The notes under the pieces: generated by a model
Told to the model about the DNA's origin: nothing
The model's database searches: none
The model's input: only the letters and a program-made list of their open reading frames with translations
Made by a program: the position numbers and the translations under genes
NCBI GenBank assembly: GCA_973895155.1
Contig: OZ316892.1
Coordinates: 18,714,357-18,778,356, forward strand
DNA length: 64,000 nt
Source of the DNA: Marsupella aquatica
Lineage: Eukaryota; Plantae; Marchantiophyta
Direction of reading: 5' to 3'
In this document: positions 11,537 through 26,164 of the stretch, in pieces
Numbering within the stretch: position 1 is the first letter of the stretch
Layout of the letters: each line of letters opens with the position of its first letter

Positions 11537-14500
11537 ATGAGTCTCCTAGCTAGCACTACTGTCGAAGTTGGTTCTGTTGTGACTAAACTCCTCAACAGTG
11601 ATCGATATCTCCAAGGATTCCATGATCAGGCCATAGATGGTTCGATATTCATATGTTCTGAAGAGGAGGTGGATAGTTTACTAAAAGTAGCAGGAGTCCA
11701 AATGGCTGGCCATAGGATCAAGATCAGAAAATGGGTCGCGCAGTGCAAGAGTAGTGGCCGCTTGCTTCAAGAATTGGAATTCTCACCACCAACAAATGTT
11801 CACTCTACCTGGCAAACAGACGCCTCCGGAGTGCACTTGAATCCTGTCTACAAGCAAGAGTCAATTGAGGGAAAAGTACTAAGATAGCCACCGGTTTGTT
11901 TTCCGGTCAATGAGTTGTCAAAAATGGCAGCAGTTCGGGACAAGGTACGTACACAGAGGTAGTCATTTCAACTCTACTGCTACTGTCGCCATATATTTTT
12001 AATTACTGCTGAAATGTGCCAACTATTTCTGAGTACTCAATCAACCTCTCATGTTGCCCTTGTGTATTGCCCGACATATGAAGACATTTTCAAGGACAAA
12101 GCACATGGGCGAAAGATACTGAAGAGATTTCCAGGAGCCCACCATGCCTACAATGACAACATGGCGGCCATTAGGAGGTGGCTTACTGATATTCAAGCCG
12201 ATGATAACCTACAAAGTATCATGATGAAGGATTTCAAAAGATGTGAGAGCGTCAAGGAATCCTGCAAGGAGTATGCCAAAACAAGAATGAGTGAATTACG
12301 TCCTCTGATCTTCTGTGATGAGAAAACTGGGGAGACAAAGATTCTGCACATGCAATTCAATGAGGTCTACCAAGCGATTAAGAACAGGAAGCATGAGCTC
12401 AAGAAATCTGAAAAGCGGAAGCATAATTTATTGAGTAAGTTTTCATTTGCATGGATTCTTCATATGTCAAATTGCCACGCGCATGTTTTGCCATTAACAT
12501 GTCATTTTCAAATGATGCGTACATGCAGGTACATTGATTAACTAGATCAACTTATCAGTACATGACATTGGATCCTTGCCCATTCTTATGCAGGTCTCCC
12601 TTCAAACGTCATTGATCTAGAAGAGTCTCAGATCAATGACATGTCACAAGAGAATTCAGACGAGGTGGAATTGTTACGATTGAGTCAAGATCCCCGTGTG
12701 GAGATGAAGCTCATTGCTGTGAGAAAGCAACTATCCATTGAAGAAATCTGTGAACGAGAGAACTTTGAGTCAAGCTTGTCATTTCACTCAGATGGTTGTG
12801 CAAGATTTGGCAGGGGGAAAGTTCTCAGCATTGCACAGAGAAATCCATTCAAGATGTACGAAGTCAAGGTAACTTTGCTGGAACCAGAAACCAGGAGTTA
12901 TGGCGTTGACGGTATTGCTGGACATTACATACCTTGTGGGCAGTTCGGCAAATACTATGATCCACAATTTCTATGGTCAAGCTGGTAAGGTTCTACCCAT
13001 GTGTTATTTAAATTAGATCAAATTCTAGGGTGTACGTAGAAAGTTCAATCTAGGTCCGGTCAAATTCATTTAATTTTGAAATAGTTTTCATTTTGAACAA
13101 TCAATTGTGGGCCGGGCTCATCAACAGATATATTTATCGCAGATCATTCAATCATGCATCGATCTATGTGTACGTACATACCATGTATGGGAGCTCTGAA
13201 TTCTAATATACTGTACATGTCTGTGTTGTGCAGGGGGACACGATTGAAATAGCTTCTGTTTATACTCAGATGAATCCTACTCTGCCCACTAAGTGGCCCT
13301 GGGTTGATACAAAATACTTGACACCGGCACAACAAAATATTGAAGAGCTTGATAAGTTGTTGGGTAGGCCGGAGTCTACAGAAGATGAAGGTGTATCACA
13401 ATACACTAAGCCTGAATTACCTTCATTTGGTACCGGGTCCAATTCCAACAGGGCTACAGCACCTGGCCGAGAAAATTCATTTGGTAGTGGGTCCAATTCC
13501 AACCGGACTACAACACTTGGCCGGGAAACTGCAGGCAATATTGTGCCATCCCCAACTCCAACACCAAGGGCGGGCATATCATCTCATAGTGGAAGTGACC
13601 AGAGCCCTGCTACGTCCCAATGCAATATTTCTTGTCGCAATACTCCTTCGCCCACTCCAGCTTCAGCTCAGTCCATCTCTTCGCACAGTGGAAATAGTCG
13701 GGCTGCATCACACAAGCTTTCTTCTAGCACAGTGCCATCTGCATCACCCAATCTTTCTCCTAGCACCGTGCCATCGCCAACGTGTCATCCCACCTTCTCA
13801 CACTCTTCAATGTCACCCTCACCTTCTCATGGCTTTGTGTCACAGTCGTCAATGAGTCTGAATCATAGTTCATGTAAGGAAGTTTTGAAAACTTCAACGG
13901 CAGATGATGTGCGTAGCCCTCCAAGGAAAAAGACTCCACAAGTAATTGCTAAACTTGGGGAAACTTCATTTGGTACTAGGTCCAATTCCAACCAGGCTAT
14001 AGCACCTGGTCGGGAAACTGCAGGCACTACGTCGCCATCGCCAATTCCAACACCAAGGGCGGGCATATCGTCGCATATCGTCTCGAAGTGACCAGAGCCC
14101 TGCTAGGTTGCAACACAATATTTCGCGTCGCAATACTCTTTCGCCAACTCCAGCATCAACTCAGACCATATCTTCCCACAGTGGAAATCTGACCGGTCGG
14201 GCTACATCACACAATCTTTGTTCTAGCACATTGCCATCGCCAACACCATCTCATCCCACTATCTCACACTCTTCAATGTCGCCCTCACCTTCTCACGACA
14301 TTGTGTCACAATCTTCGATGACTCCTAATCACAGTTTGTGTAAGGATATCTTGAAATCCTCAACGGCGGATGATGTGCGAAGTCCTCCAAGGAAAAAGAG
14401 TCCACAGGTAATTGCTTGATGACGTTTGTACGTGCAGTCGTAACAGGTGATCAGGTTGGTTTAGTGTTAACATAGATAAATCAAATATGCGTTGTATACT

Positions 14501-15374
14501 AGCTAAACAGTATTAGTTATATATATACTGATTGAAGTCCATTAACTTGTGAAATCTTTTGTACAGTTAGAAGTGTATTTGACATTGAGTCCGATGGAAG
14601 ATGATATCAACAATGAAAATCGTCATCCAAATCTGGTGTTTGAGTGTTGCTCAAGTAAAGCAAAACAGATTAGTAACAAGGTATTGCAATTCAGTGCAAT
14701 TTCAACCCAAGAAGATCGACAACATTTTCAGCAACTACTGAATGGAAAATCTGCAGGCCAGGTTGTTATTCCCTTCAATTTGTGGATATTTCATGTCTTG
14801 TTGCAAGTACATACTGTTGTCTTGTGCAGGCTATATAGTCTGGCTGCTAGTCCTCCTAGCCTCGGTCTATACTCCATTGAGTTCGCAAATTAACTCTCTT
14901 CCACAATGATCTGTTCTAAAGTCCAGCTGTATGACAGGAATAGGATAGGGACTAACTGGCCAATTAATTCAATTCAATATATATATATATATATGCATTG
15001 TCTGATATTTTTGTGTTGTCATGTATGCCCAGGTAAAAGTGGCCAGCACAACTTCAGATCTCACTTCAGATACAATTTCCGTGGAGCGGCTTACACATAG
15101 CGCAGTTGTCAACATTTGCATCATGGTGATGAATGCAGTGAATGAGAAGGATATGGAAACCAACGTTGCTGCATGGATTGCTAAGAAGAATAGTACCTGC
15201 AAAGGTCCTAAACCCTTTCATGGACACAAGGATTTCAGTATTCGACAGAAAATGCAGCTAGTTGCTTCATGGGCCCTAAGCAAGAGTGGTACATTACAGG
15301 TTGTCAATCCACCTCCCTTGCAGCAAGGGACACATCATTTGACACCAGATAACTTACGATTCATCACCACATAA
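11537..15374 (+). pseudogene. Uncharacterised SAM-domain multi-exon gene, copy 1 (probably disrupted)
   Basis: N-terminal SAM-like motif FHDQAIDGSIF...GVQMAGHRIKIRKWV; collinear homology with 43701-48234; possible premature TAG at 11885 and a frame break at ~14085 within an internal duplication. Confidence 0.65.
13420..14418 (+). repeat. Internal direct duplication (~0.45-0.5 kb) in a Ser/Pro-rich exon
   Basis: SFGTxSNSN...GRETAG...SPTPTPRAGISSH...STADDVRSPPRKKxPQVIA occurs twice (about 13420-13950 and 13960-14418). Confidence 0.9.
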
Positions 15375-18004
15375 TCATTTTTGTTATGTACTCTTGTCAT
15401 TCTGAGTTTAGTTAAAGAACGATATATACTATATCACTTTTTTTGCGAGCCAATCCAGGCAGAACTCAATCTCGATCATTTGTGGTAATAGCTAGGATCG
15501 AGTTGACTTAAATTAGCATTTGTTCCACTAACGAAGGGTTAATATATACAATCGCGTTGGTAGATTAATACATATATTATTATAACGTACATGTACCTGA
15601 CCCCAGTTTTCAGGCTAGGCGCGCCATATATAGGCCATATATAAGTATTTATGGATTGATCAGGGCCCTAATGAACAGCCCGGCCTGAAAAACTATTCAG
15701 TTATGTTAGCAAATATAGTCTTTTTGTGACCTGGAATCGATCCATAGCTCAGCAATATTAATGATTGTGTGTATACGGCTGATTGAAATTTCAAGTTACT
15801 GGACATAGAAGATCTTATATTAATGTGCCTCCTAATATACTAATGAATGCATAGAGGTTCCATTCTGCTTCTAGATATATAGATACCTTATGTTTGTGTT
15901 TGAGAATGTATAGCTTGAATGGTGCGTGACCAGATTTGATGAATGGAACGCAGTATGAATATAATGTATAGGTCTCTCCATTAACTTCTTCAGCTAGAAT
16001 TTCTCAGTGCAGTTAAGCTGTGGATTGAGACATCCCTCTGCAGGTCGACTCCATGCCCGGCCCATCTGAGCTTAATTAAGGTCTAGCTCAGTTTGATGAT
16101 CAATGCACATATATATAGTCTAGCTTCCATAAAATTGAGCAGGGCAGGCAGCTAGGCTGTTTATGTACGTAGTCTAGCACATTCAATTACATATATACAA
16201 CAGATGACACTGAAGTTGTAGCTTGGTGACTGATCACTTATTTCTGATGAAGATTGATCGGGTCTCCATCTATCAATCAAATGTACCATTGATTGCCGAT
16301 CAATTGAATAAATCAATGCATGTTTACTAATCTGGATTTTTATCATGTTGACGAATCATTTAGATGCATGTACATAAGTACAGATTTAGTGGGTTAATTT
16401 ACGCAAGGTGCAAACAGAGGAGATAAAGCACAATCATTACAAAAATCCCAGGAGATCGATACGTGTAAGACTTCTGTCAAAAAAATAAGTTATCCACTTT
16501 CTCACACATGACTATTGTGGGAAAGAGCTTGAATACAAAAGAGGTTAAACGTCAAAACAAACTAGGAAAGAGCTAAAGTACGTCTCTAATATTCTAGGGG
16601 ACCTCGTAAGTCACACATCAAAGAAGGAGATTTCTCACTTTTTTATGCTTGAAATACAGAAGCACCTTGGATGATAAGTGTGAGAATTAAACACAGCCAT
16701 AAACAAAACTGTGGCAATGCTGAATACCCAGGATAAGAACCTCGGGAACAAAACTTGGAGGAGGACCAAAACACACCATTAACATTGAAGGAGATCCTTC
16801 AAGTCCCACGTAATTGGTGGGGGGGGGGGGGGAGCTGGGGCGGAAACTTCAGGAAATGCAAAATTCATACAATTAAAGAAATAAAATCCCACAAACAAAC
16901 CATCTGTACGAATTCTAAACACGAATTCTAAACTCCGGCTTGGAGATCTTGATAATCACATAGAATTGAGTCCTCTGCGTACATAGGAAAAACTTAAACC
17001 ACCAAGTGAGATCATTGTTGGGACCCCTTAAAGCCCCCCAAAGACTTGAGAATTGAGTCCTCTGCGAACGTAGGAAAAACTTAAACCATCAAGTGAGATC
17101 ATTGTTGGGATTCCTTAAAGTCCGCAAAGGCGATCTCCCGAGGAATCATACCTTGCACAGTGGGGAATTCTCCTACAATAAGCAACGTGGGTTCCTCTAA
17201 AAAATCCCTGAAAGCATCGAGGGCACTTGTGACATAGCATACAGGGGAAATTTACCCTGATGTCAGCAACATCAGTTCCCACTTTAACTCAAAACTGGGA
17301 GAACCTCCTGTTTGCAAAAGTGGGAGTGTGTCCAATTCAACCACTTTGCGCGTTCTCCTACATCTTTGTTAAAATGATAGGAGAAACCTTAACAAAGCAG
17401 GAGTATGTCCCACATGGGAAGGCGGTAGATTTGCCTTGTGAAAAAAAAGGCTTGGCTCAATGGGGGAAGAGTGTGGGATTCTCTCCCATGCAATTTCTTT
17501 GGTATGCGTTCCAAGTCCCCTACTTTGAAGAAGCTCGTACCCAGACTGCCCGCCTCTTGCCCAACGAGCTATTGTGAGAACCTCGTTATTTATAGGGACT
17601 GCAAAAGTCGGGTCAAGTCTGAGGTGACTATGGGGATCCCCTCCAAGTTCCCGAGCAATTTCATCACAGGAAACGGAATGTTGCTGTGCCCATAACTTGG
17701 TATTGATATCCTGGACATAAATCTTAGGATATCCACTTGTGGGGCTTGTCATCAGATACTTTCTAGGCTCACCGTTGACCCTCCTTGGGTCACCTGTAAA
17801 GCACATGTCTGGAAATCCATCCAAGGTAAGATTCTCAGAATTCGAAGTCTCTTCTAGTCTCCATGAATCAACTACGCTCTAGGAAGAGTTGAAGCGATCT
17901 GGGCACCAGTCTCCGTATCCTTGCCACAAAAATTCATGATGTGGCTTACCTTCTGCTCGGAAATGACAATTAATCATGCAACGCGTGCCTCCCCGTTCTG
18001 GTCC

Positions 18005-18502
18005 TTAGATGTCTGTGCACTCTTTCCACTGACCTTGCCCGGTCAGATCTAACACATAAACATTTTCCTCTTCCTGGTAATTGCCTTTATGTGCAGTGCT
18101 GTGTAGACTTTTCTGTTTGTGAGAACAAACAAATAAGTTACCTCTGGATGCAATTAACTGGCAAAACCTTTCGTTGTCACCAGGCAGATGTGGGATTGGA
18201 GGAAGTTCATAGAAATGTTTCTCTTTCATTGAATAGAGAGAAATTGCATTCCTGTATGTACAGTCGTGGTGTAAGACGTCGTTACATTTGACATCATTGC
18301 TGTGTTTGACAGCAAGAAACTCCTCTGTTGAATGCGACCGAACCCTCTCCTTGTAGATCTCTCCACTTTGAATGGCTCCTTGCCAGTTCGGGCTCACTGA
18401 ATGTAGTTCATGAAAATCTGACCAGCGCAACTTTGTGGTAATGTGAGTTAACGTAACATCGTCTGGGATCCCTGGAAGAAGCTCTCCCAAGAAAGAATAC
18501 AT
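18005..18502 (-). pseudogene. F-box (F-box/kelch-type) protein, truncated in the first kelch repeat
   Basis: LLPGIPDDVTL...LHSVSPNWQGAIQSGEIYKERVRSHSTEEFL is a plant F-box/kelch N-terminus. ELPPIP, GNLFV and VYVLD...QWKEC follow, then a stop. Confidence 0.75.
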
Positions 18503-19354
18503 TTCTGGATACTTTTCGTGAAGAATGTCTTTCAATCGGCACACCTGTGACACGTATGATCACATTAAATCAGATTAGAGAAAATCATTACATCAATTCA
18601 ATTCATTTTATATCTATATATAGATCCAAATTAGCCACATATGCCCTTAAACCACCACTGGCCATATGAAGGTGAAGTGTCCAAAACTTTTCACTTTTTC
18701 ACATTCCACTTCTCTAGGGTGAGGTTTTGTTCCACAATTTCAATGTTAGGAAGAAGGTAGTGAAAATGGTGAAACGTAATGGATTCAAGTTTTATCACGG
18801 TTGACAGTGACACTTTAAAGTCCATACATATGAGAGTGCTGCCATGCCAAACTACAAAGACATGGAGAATTGAAGAGCTTCTTGGCTAATTAAAGTAACC
18901 AAATTATAGGCGTATATACTGGAAGCAACAAGTGCAAGGCTGCAGCAATAACAACAACAAAACTCTGAGCGTCTGTATCTGATTTGTCCTAGCTTCAATT
19001 GGCCGGAATGAAAGATCAATGAATAACAAATTAACGGGGTTTCTGGCGTCCTAATTAAAAACAAATGAAAGAAGTTGGAATTAGGGTTGGAATGTTTCAC
19101 AACGGAGAACAAACAAGAATAGTTGCAAACTGGTCATGGACGAGACTTGCAGATATGCATCACCATACATACTTAGAGACTGCACCTGAGTTGAAGATCG
19201 AGAGTTTGGAGGCACATAAACAATTGGTGCTGGTCCTCCAAATCTGTACTGTGCGCTATTCTACAACCTTGCTTGTGCACTGGGTGGGTGGCAGTCCCAA
19301 GAGAGATGGAGAATTGGGAGAGAGAGAGAATGACAAAGAAGGCCCCGAGACCCT

Positions 19355-19365
19355 GCTTATATAAT
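19355..19365 (-). promoter_or_regulatory. Candidate TATA box of the F-box gene
   Basis: TATATAAG on the minus strand followed by a CT-rich leader, a GT donor at ~19172 and an AG acceptor at ~18546. Confidence 0.35.
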
Positions 19366-22300
19366 GTGATTGGGGGCGGATCCAGAGGGGAACTGATCAG
19401 AACTGATTAAAGACCTAAAGAATAGGTGCATGTTCTAATGTCCTTCAATTCCCTAGACCAGGTAGTTAAAGCAAAGACTAACCATTGACAGGAAGGAAAT
19501 TGACGTACGGTGCCCCCCTTATTAGGGCAGCATTTGCTCGAGTAGTCCATTTCCACAGCTGGTAAGATGTATAGAGGCAGCTAGCTCGCAAGGAACCAGC
19601 TCTGAAGGCTCTCCAAGCATCCATGACTACTCAGCAAATGAAACAAGCACAAGATGTCGCTCTACGTGTCACAATATGGCTTCCTGTTATCTGTCAGTCA
19701 TTGTTTCAGCTACTCGGCGACCTGACTCCGATTGCACAACTTAATTAATTATATAGCTATATCACTCGATATATGATTGAGGATTTCAAGTTTTGAGCTC
19801 GAGAGAGTAGCACGCCGAAGTGTCCATACTGCCATCCATAAGGGGTCATATATATATATACACTGAGAACCAGGATGATGAAAAAAATATATGGAGATTC
19901 CTACAGCCGTTTGTAAAGGGGAGGTTTTGGCTAAGTAGTCTGTATTGCAATGCAAACTTGGAGACCGAGACCATATCTTAGTCATATGATGGTCATTTGA
20001 GGAGCCATATTTTGCTTGGATGAGCATTTGAGGAGCTGTGCAGAATGTCCATATTGGATCTGTGTAATTTGCGCATTTTCTGTTTTTGGTGATTTTGTGG
20101 GACCATGGGCAGAAGCTGGGTTTAAAAGCAAGATGATCCACCCCAAAATTCCCTTTAGACAAGAGGACTGTTAGACATATTGTTGTAGATGGATCTAGAT
20201 AGAGTAGTAGAGATCGAGATTTCTGAAAGCAGAGCAACAAACTTGGGATAGTAAGTATATATGCAAGGATTTATTACGTACTAAGAGTAATTGTTGGAAA
20301 GCAACTAGATCTCATTAGGATAGGATAACTTGGTCTGCATGCGTGTATGTGCCTGCATTTGTTACTGTGGGGTTTATTGAGGGTTTGTAGCTGATGCTCT
20401 AATTGTGCTTTGTTTCGCTTGGGTTATGGGTTATATATATGTGGCATGCATGCAGCCTCCCAATCGATGATGATATGGTCGGGGATAAGCAAGAAGAAGT
20501 ATGATTGTCACCTTAGGGTCTCACTCAATATATAGATCTATATAATTATGTGTGACACTAATAAATATAAGTTACTTTCCTTATATGCCAATGTTCCTAG
20601 ATTCTTGCTACACCAATCATACGATGACATGCCACTTTTGCTTTTTTCTAGAACCTATTTTCCAAGTTAGAGTTATTATTAATTCTTCCAGAAAACAAAT
20701 AAAATGACCCCATGCTTGTTGCCATGATATGTCATATTCATGCAAGCAAGGCCCTGAGATTCTCTTCAAATACACAATTAAAAATTAAATCCTGAAATGT
20801 TGCTAGGCACATAAGTTGCTAGTTTAATAGGTACACATCACGGGGTACAAAATACATTTACATAACACGGTTGCAAGGAGGTTTGATTGGAAAGTGAACT
20901 TCCCGTGATACAAATTAAAAAGGCCAGGTCAGCAATTAATTAAGGGTTTTCTGGGACTTCTAGTGGCTACCCAATTCAACCTAGAGCTCTGACAGCTTCT
21001 CTATTAGAGAAGCCAAAACCTCAGGGTAGGGAACTAATTATAAGAATACTTTAACATTTGGGCAGACTTGGTCCAGCACATGTGGTGAATGGTTACTTTA
21101 AAAAACCCTAGTATTCTGCATGCATTTGACCATGTTAGGTTTCATTTGAGTGTTTTGAGTTTCGCTCATTGAGTCACCTAGCACTCTCCCTTCTGTCACA
21201 TCTGGGGATGTCTCCTGTCTCCTCCTCTGGCTATATACGTCTAGGTTTGGAGACTCACCTATCATTCTCATGTCAATCTGCGTCCTATTCAACAATGGAG
21301 GAGATTAAAACAAAAACATGTTGCGCAAAATCAGCGCCTAGAAAATGTACACATCTACCAAGCCTGTTCCTTGTAATATGCTGGCAGCGTGGACTTGGGA
21401 GAAGGTACCCTAGACCTAAATTACCCTAATGTCCGATCTAATTTGTCCAAGACTTCCTTGGCTGGTGTGAGGTCCTTACTAAATAGACTTCGGGGCTCCT
21501 GGTATCTCAATCTCAATTTAATTACTGTTAGAATATCTAATCGCCATGGGTTCATTTAGTTTACTTGGAGCTAGGGCCCAGGGATCTCAGGGCTCTCACT
21601 CCATACCCTAAACTTATTAATGTGGGATGACGTTAGAAGAAAAGAAGTGAGGACCCCTGGCCAAGGATGAAACCTATTGGGGACTTTTTGTTTTTATTGC
21701 ATTTAGTTTGGATCATTTGCCAACATTTTCTTGTGCTGCTGGTCACGCTTGTGTGAGGCTTGTGTTTCTGCTATGGCTACCCTACAAGATGTACAAAGTG
21801 CAATCAGGGGTCGTCCTCAGCATGAGCATCGATGGATTGGAGAATGGGAGACAAAAATCTATTGTTTGGTCCACCAAGATAAAAAGCTTGATTTGGAAGT
21901 CCACTAAATGAGTCTATCTCTACTTTAATGGGCCAATCAAGAGAAAAACCTGGTTTGGAAGTACACAACTATATTGTTTGATGAATAAATTAAAAAAGCC
22001 TGTTCTAAACCTGGTTTGGAAGTGCCACTATGTAAAGTATATCTCTTGTTTGGTCCTATCAAGAGAAAAAGCATGGTTTCGAAGTACACTAAGTATATTT
22101 CTCTCTATGTTCATGATGACGAAGTATGTGGCTCCGCGCGAAGGCGTTCCAGTTCAGTCTTCAGATAGAGTGCATGTTAGAGTACCTAAGCACATGGTAA
22201 AGTACGTATTGTTGAAACGTTGTTCAAACTAATGGGCATAATTACATTTAGCTGGACAAGGGTTTTTAAGACAATTGTCACTCATTGAATCGTAATCAAC

Positions 22301-24006
22301 AGAAAGGACTTTGGCCGCCCACGCCTTGAGGATGCACTAATTCGGGAGAAGTGACAATTGAATCGAGACAGAAAAATACTTTGGCCACCCACGGCTTGAG
22401 GATGCACACATTAAATTGAAGTGATCTACTGACGTAAGGTGTTTTCTGGCTCAAATAGTGAGTGCAAGTAGCGATTGGGATAAATCACAATTAACGCATA
22501 CAACGGATGCAGAGAAAAATCTTGTAACATCAATCTTGAACACAATCTAACATCATCAACGTGACACGGAATTGGAATTAAGTAGTAGTTAGTTTGAACA
22601 AAGTTAGGACAATAATAAGTACCCAGTTATTGGGTTGCCTTTGCAGTTGGGTTGCTCAAACCTTACACGGACGTACTTAACTGCAAAGGCAGCTCAATAA
22701 CTGGGTCCTTCCCTGGGACTTGAGCGACGAGGATGATAAACTTCATTTTCTCAAAACATCGAGCTTCTACATACTGATCATAGATCGAGAAGGTGATTGG
22801 AGGCTATAAGCGCGTCAGTATGCTAAAAATGTAACGGACTTGCAAACTTTCAGCTATAATCAATTTCTACATTTTTCAATTCACGAGCTAGATTAGATCG
22901 ATCAACTGATGATGCAAGCTATGACGGCTTTCTAATTAAGCTTGATCTACTATTTATCCAACTCGAATAGAGGCCCCCGCTTTTCCAGATCTAGCTACAA
23001 TAGGAGGCGGGATAGGAAGTTTGCAATTCTTGTGAAATGTCCAGACTCTGGAGGAACGATTGTTATATTGGGAGTTTTTCTTTCTGTAACTCTACCAGGA
23101 CCTGGACAATGATATATTCCTATATTAGAGATGCAAGATTCCCCAAAGATTTATAATGAGTGCTACGTGTATTTTCTTCCGACCAAGTTCCACCGTGGAA
23201 GGACATGGCAGCTTCTCTGGAACTTTGGTATGCGCGTATGCCTACGTGTTCTAGCGCATACCGAGACGGGAACATGACGGCCCTTGCCAATCTGAATCTA
23301 GCTTGCCATCAGGTCAACCGGTATCAAAAGAATCGGAGCTAATATAGCGCCTAAATGATCCAACTTATTATATATCCTAATTATTCATCATATCATTTTT
23401 GGCTATGCGGTAATGCTTGTCGAAACATAATAGTACAGACCGCCCAACATCGTTTACTTTCTTACTTTGAACAGTATATGTAGGACACGGAGGCGTCAAC
23501 GTCTTAACAAGCATGCAACTCATATTTTGAGGTGAAAAACATAGCCTTTTCTTCGTGACTTCCATGGTAGTGTTGATGATTTAATTAGTACAGTAATTTA
23601 AATGCACATCCAGATCAACGGAAATGTTTCTATTGTTATGTAGAGATGATAACCACCGCCAAAGATACAGGAGGCTGTCAGAAAAGAATTGAATCCTCTT
23701 CCCGAGATATACTAATTGATCACACATGTCTAATCAGATCAATTCCTAGTAGATTTGTGTTCATGAATGTGTCTGATCGTTTATAACGAACATAACATCA
23801 ATACTGCAAACAAAGCACTTGAACAACCCTGGCCTATACATGTGTAAAACGTTCTTTGTGTCTGTTTACGAACTGTCTACCCTCAACCAAGACATTGAAA
23901 CAAGCTAGCCTTAGGGAAGGACAATTTAAGTTCCAATTCAACCAGGGAATCAGATTGCAGCGCGCCAATCATAATCCTCCTTTCCAGTCCAAAGCTTGTT
24001 GTAAGC

Positions 24007-24762
24007 TCACTCAGGCCGCTTGAATTTGAAACCTCCTTCTCTCGGTTGGGTGAAGTTGTTCACTATTCCAAAATTCTTCTTGATAACTTCAGCACGCTTG
24101 CCTGTGATTAGGTCGCCGACTCTTTTACACATCAATTCAAGCAGAGCCATCATATTCATGTAATTTGCTGCCTGCAAGGAGCAAGGAGAAATTTAATAAT
24201 GTCGGAATAAATCATGTCTTTACAACGACTTTAACACAGGGACACGATAGACAAATTTTCCAGATAGGAGAATTCTGGAGCTCTTCAGGTTACAAATAAC
24301 CTAGCTAGGCACGACGGACGAACGTGGAGGTCACAACCAAATACATGCAAATGCAAATTCCGGGGATCAAGTCATGTAGAGACTCCAACCTACTTATAAT
24401 ATATTCGACGAGAATGCCTGAATTTGTGAGCAAATGAGCTAGCGGCAGAGTGTGAAACTTACATTGATGAGACCCAAAAGGGTGGGATGATCAACTTGGA
24501 CGAAATCAGCATCCCACTGCTTGATTTCCTCCTCGGTAGGGGCTGGATTCTCATCAGTACTCTGCTTAGATTGCGTATGGTAATTGCAGTATTCGATCAC
24601 CTTGATTAGGATCCTGCTGGGAACGAATGACAAGAAAATGGTGTCATCTCCGGTGGCCTCGATTACGTCCATTATCGTTTGTGATTCTTTCACCACCTCC
24701 AGGTCAACCTTAAAGCTAACGTTATCAGATGACCGAAGCTCCAACTTTCTCTCCATGGCCAT
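24007..24762 (-). CDS. SKP1: SKP1-like protein, two exons (24762-24463, 24171-24007), divergent C-terminus
   Basis: LRSSD..F.V...ESQTI, ILIKVIEYCNYH, IKQWDADFVQVD..TL..LIN|AANYMNM..LLEL.CK.V.DLITGK....F.I.N.FT; GT-AG intron at the conserved plant SKP1 position. Confidence 0.9.
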
Positions 24763-26164
24763 ATTGGTTTGTCTGGCGGTTGTCTGTGTATCTGCCTGTA
24801 CGTACGTCAGATTGTGGTTTTTGTAGCTACAAATTTTGCCAGACCCTGGTTGAACCTAGTTCAAAAGGACTGCCAACGAATTTCCGCTCTTGAAAGACTT
24901 CCTGCGAGCATTACAATTCAATGTTTGGAACTAAGCTGAAGCACCTCTCGTGTATTTATACCCCTTGATAGTTTAGGATAAGCATGTTCGTAGCTCCACG
25001 TTCTATATGCAGGGCAACATCGATAATCATAGCAAATCTCCCAACTTCCAAAAGCTGAGAAAGTAAACCAATAAACACAATAGATTATAAGAAAGTTTCC
25101 AGATTGAATGCAACAAGGGGCACAAGAGGGAACACCTGAAGATGGAGCTAAAAAATCAGGGCCTTGGCTCGAATCTAAGTTAGGCGCAAGCTCCTGCCTC
25201 AGAAAAACTTGAGCAAGCATGCATTTGTCCAACCTAAAATATAGTCTCAATAGCTTTTGGAGTCCTTGGTCAGTTAATTTGTTATAATTCTTAGAAATGA
25301 ACTAGAACGCAGTTAGAGTTTCTCGTCAGTGAGTATTAGTTGATCAGTGGAGCCCTTTGGAGTCTTTGTACGTACCTTGGCCTGGTAGCACAATGAACCT
25401 CAAGATTATGCCTTACATGACCATACATGTAGACAACCTGTGCAAGGTGAGTAAATCTTTGTACCAATTAACAGACCAGCTACTCCAAATCTTCCCACCA
25501 TGTCCAAGTCCATCACTTGGCAGCGGAGCCTTGGCTCCAAGGTAGGCAGCAGTTAATCACAGCGTGGTTGATAAGCCTTAATTAATTAACGACATGGCTC
25601 AATCTATTGTTAGTTAGCATCTATTGTTAGTTACCTAGCTTTTAGAACTCTTACACATTCATATTTGTTTTAAACAACACCTGCCACTATAAAAGCTTCA
25701 TTCCATGTCTCACTACTCACATAAAAGGTGGAGCACTAGCACCTTTTGTGGAGTACTTGCCAAAAACAGGTTTTGCAATCAGCACCTTTTGTGGAGTTCA
25801 AAGCCCACCGGGAAGTCCATTTTGGAACTTGTACTCTTTAGAATGAGAGCTACGGGTTACCCATAGTCCTTTATAGGGGCAGGTGTGGTTTAACGGACTT
25901 AGGCAAGGATTCTGAGCTATAAGACAGCATGTTGTGAAGCGAATAGTAGCTTGGCAGAACTCCTTCAACCTGCACTATTTGAACCGGAGGGTCCGTTCTT
26001 GGTAAACAAGTAAAGTTACTAGCTAGTGTATGAGACGCCCCCAATTACTTTGTAGGTTAATTTGGCTCTTTAACAACATAGGGCCATAGTCAATTGGCGG
26101 TAGTAGACTTTTCTTTCTATATTACGAGTTCAATACCCATGACTTTACTTTCTATAGTACTATT

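Noticed and set aside
16470-18000. Possible retroelement fragment truncating the F-box gene (151-aa ORF, ~70-bp duplication, G-run)
   Set aside because: No recognisable gag/pol motif, PBS or LTR pair; cannot be classified.
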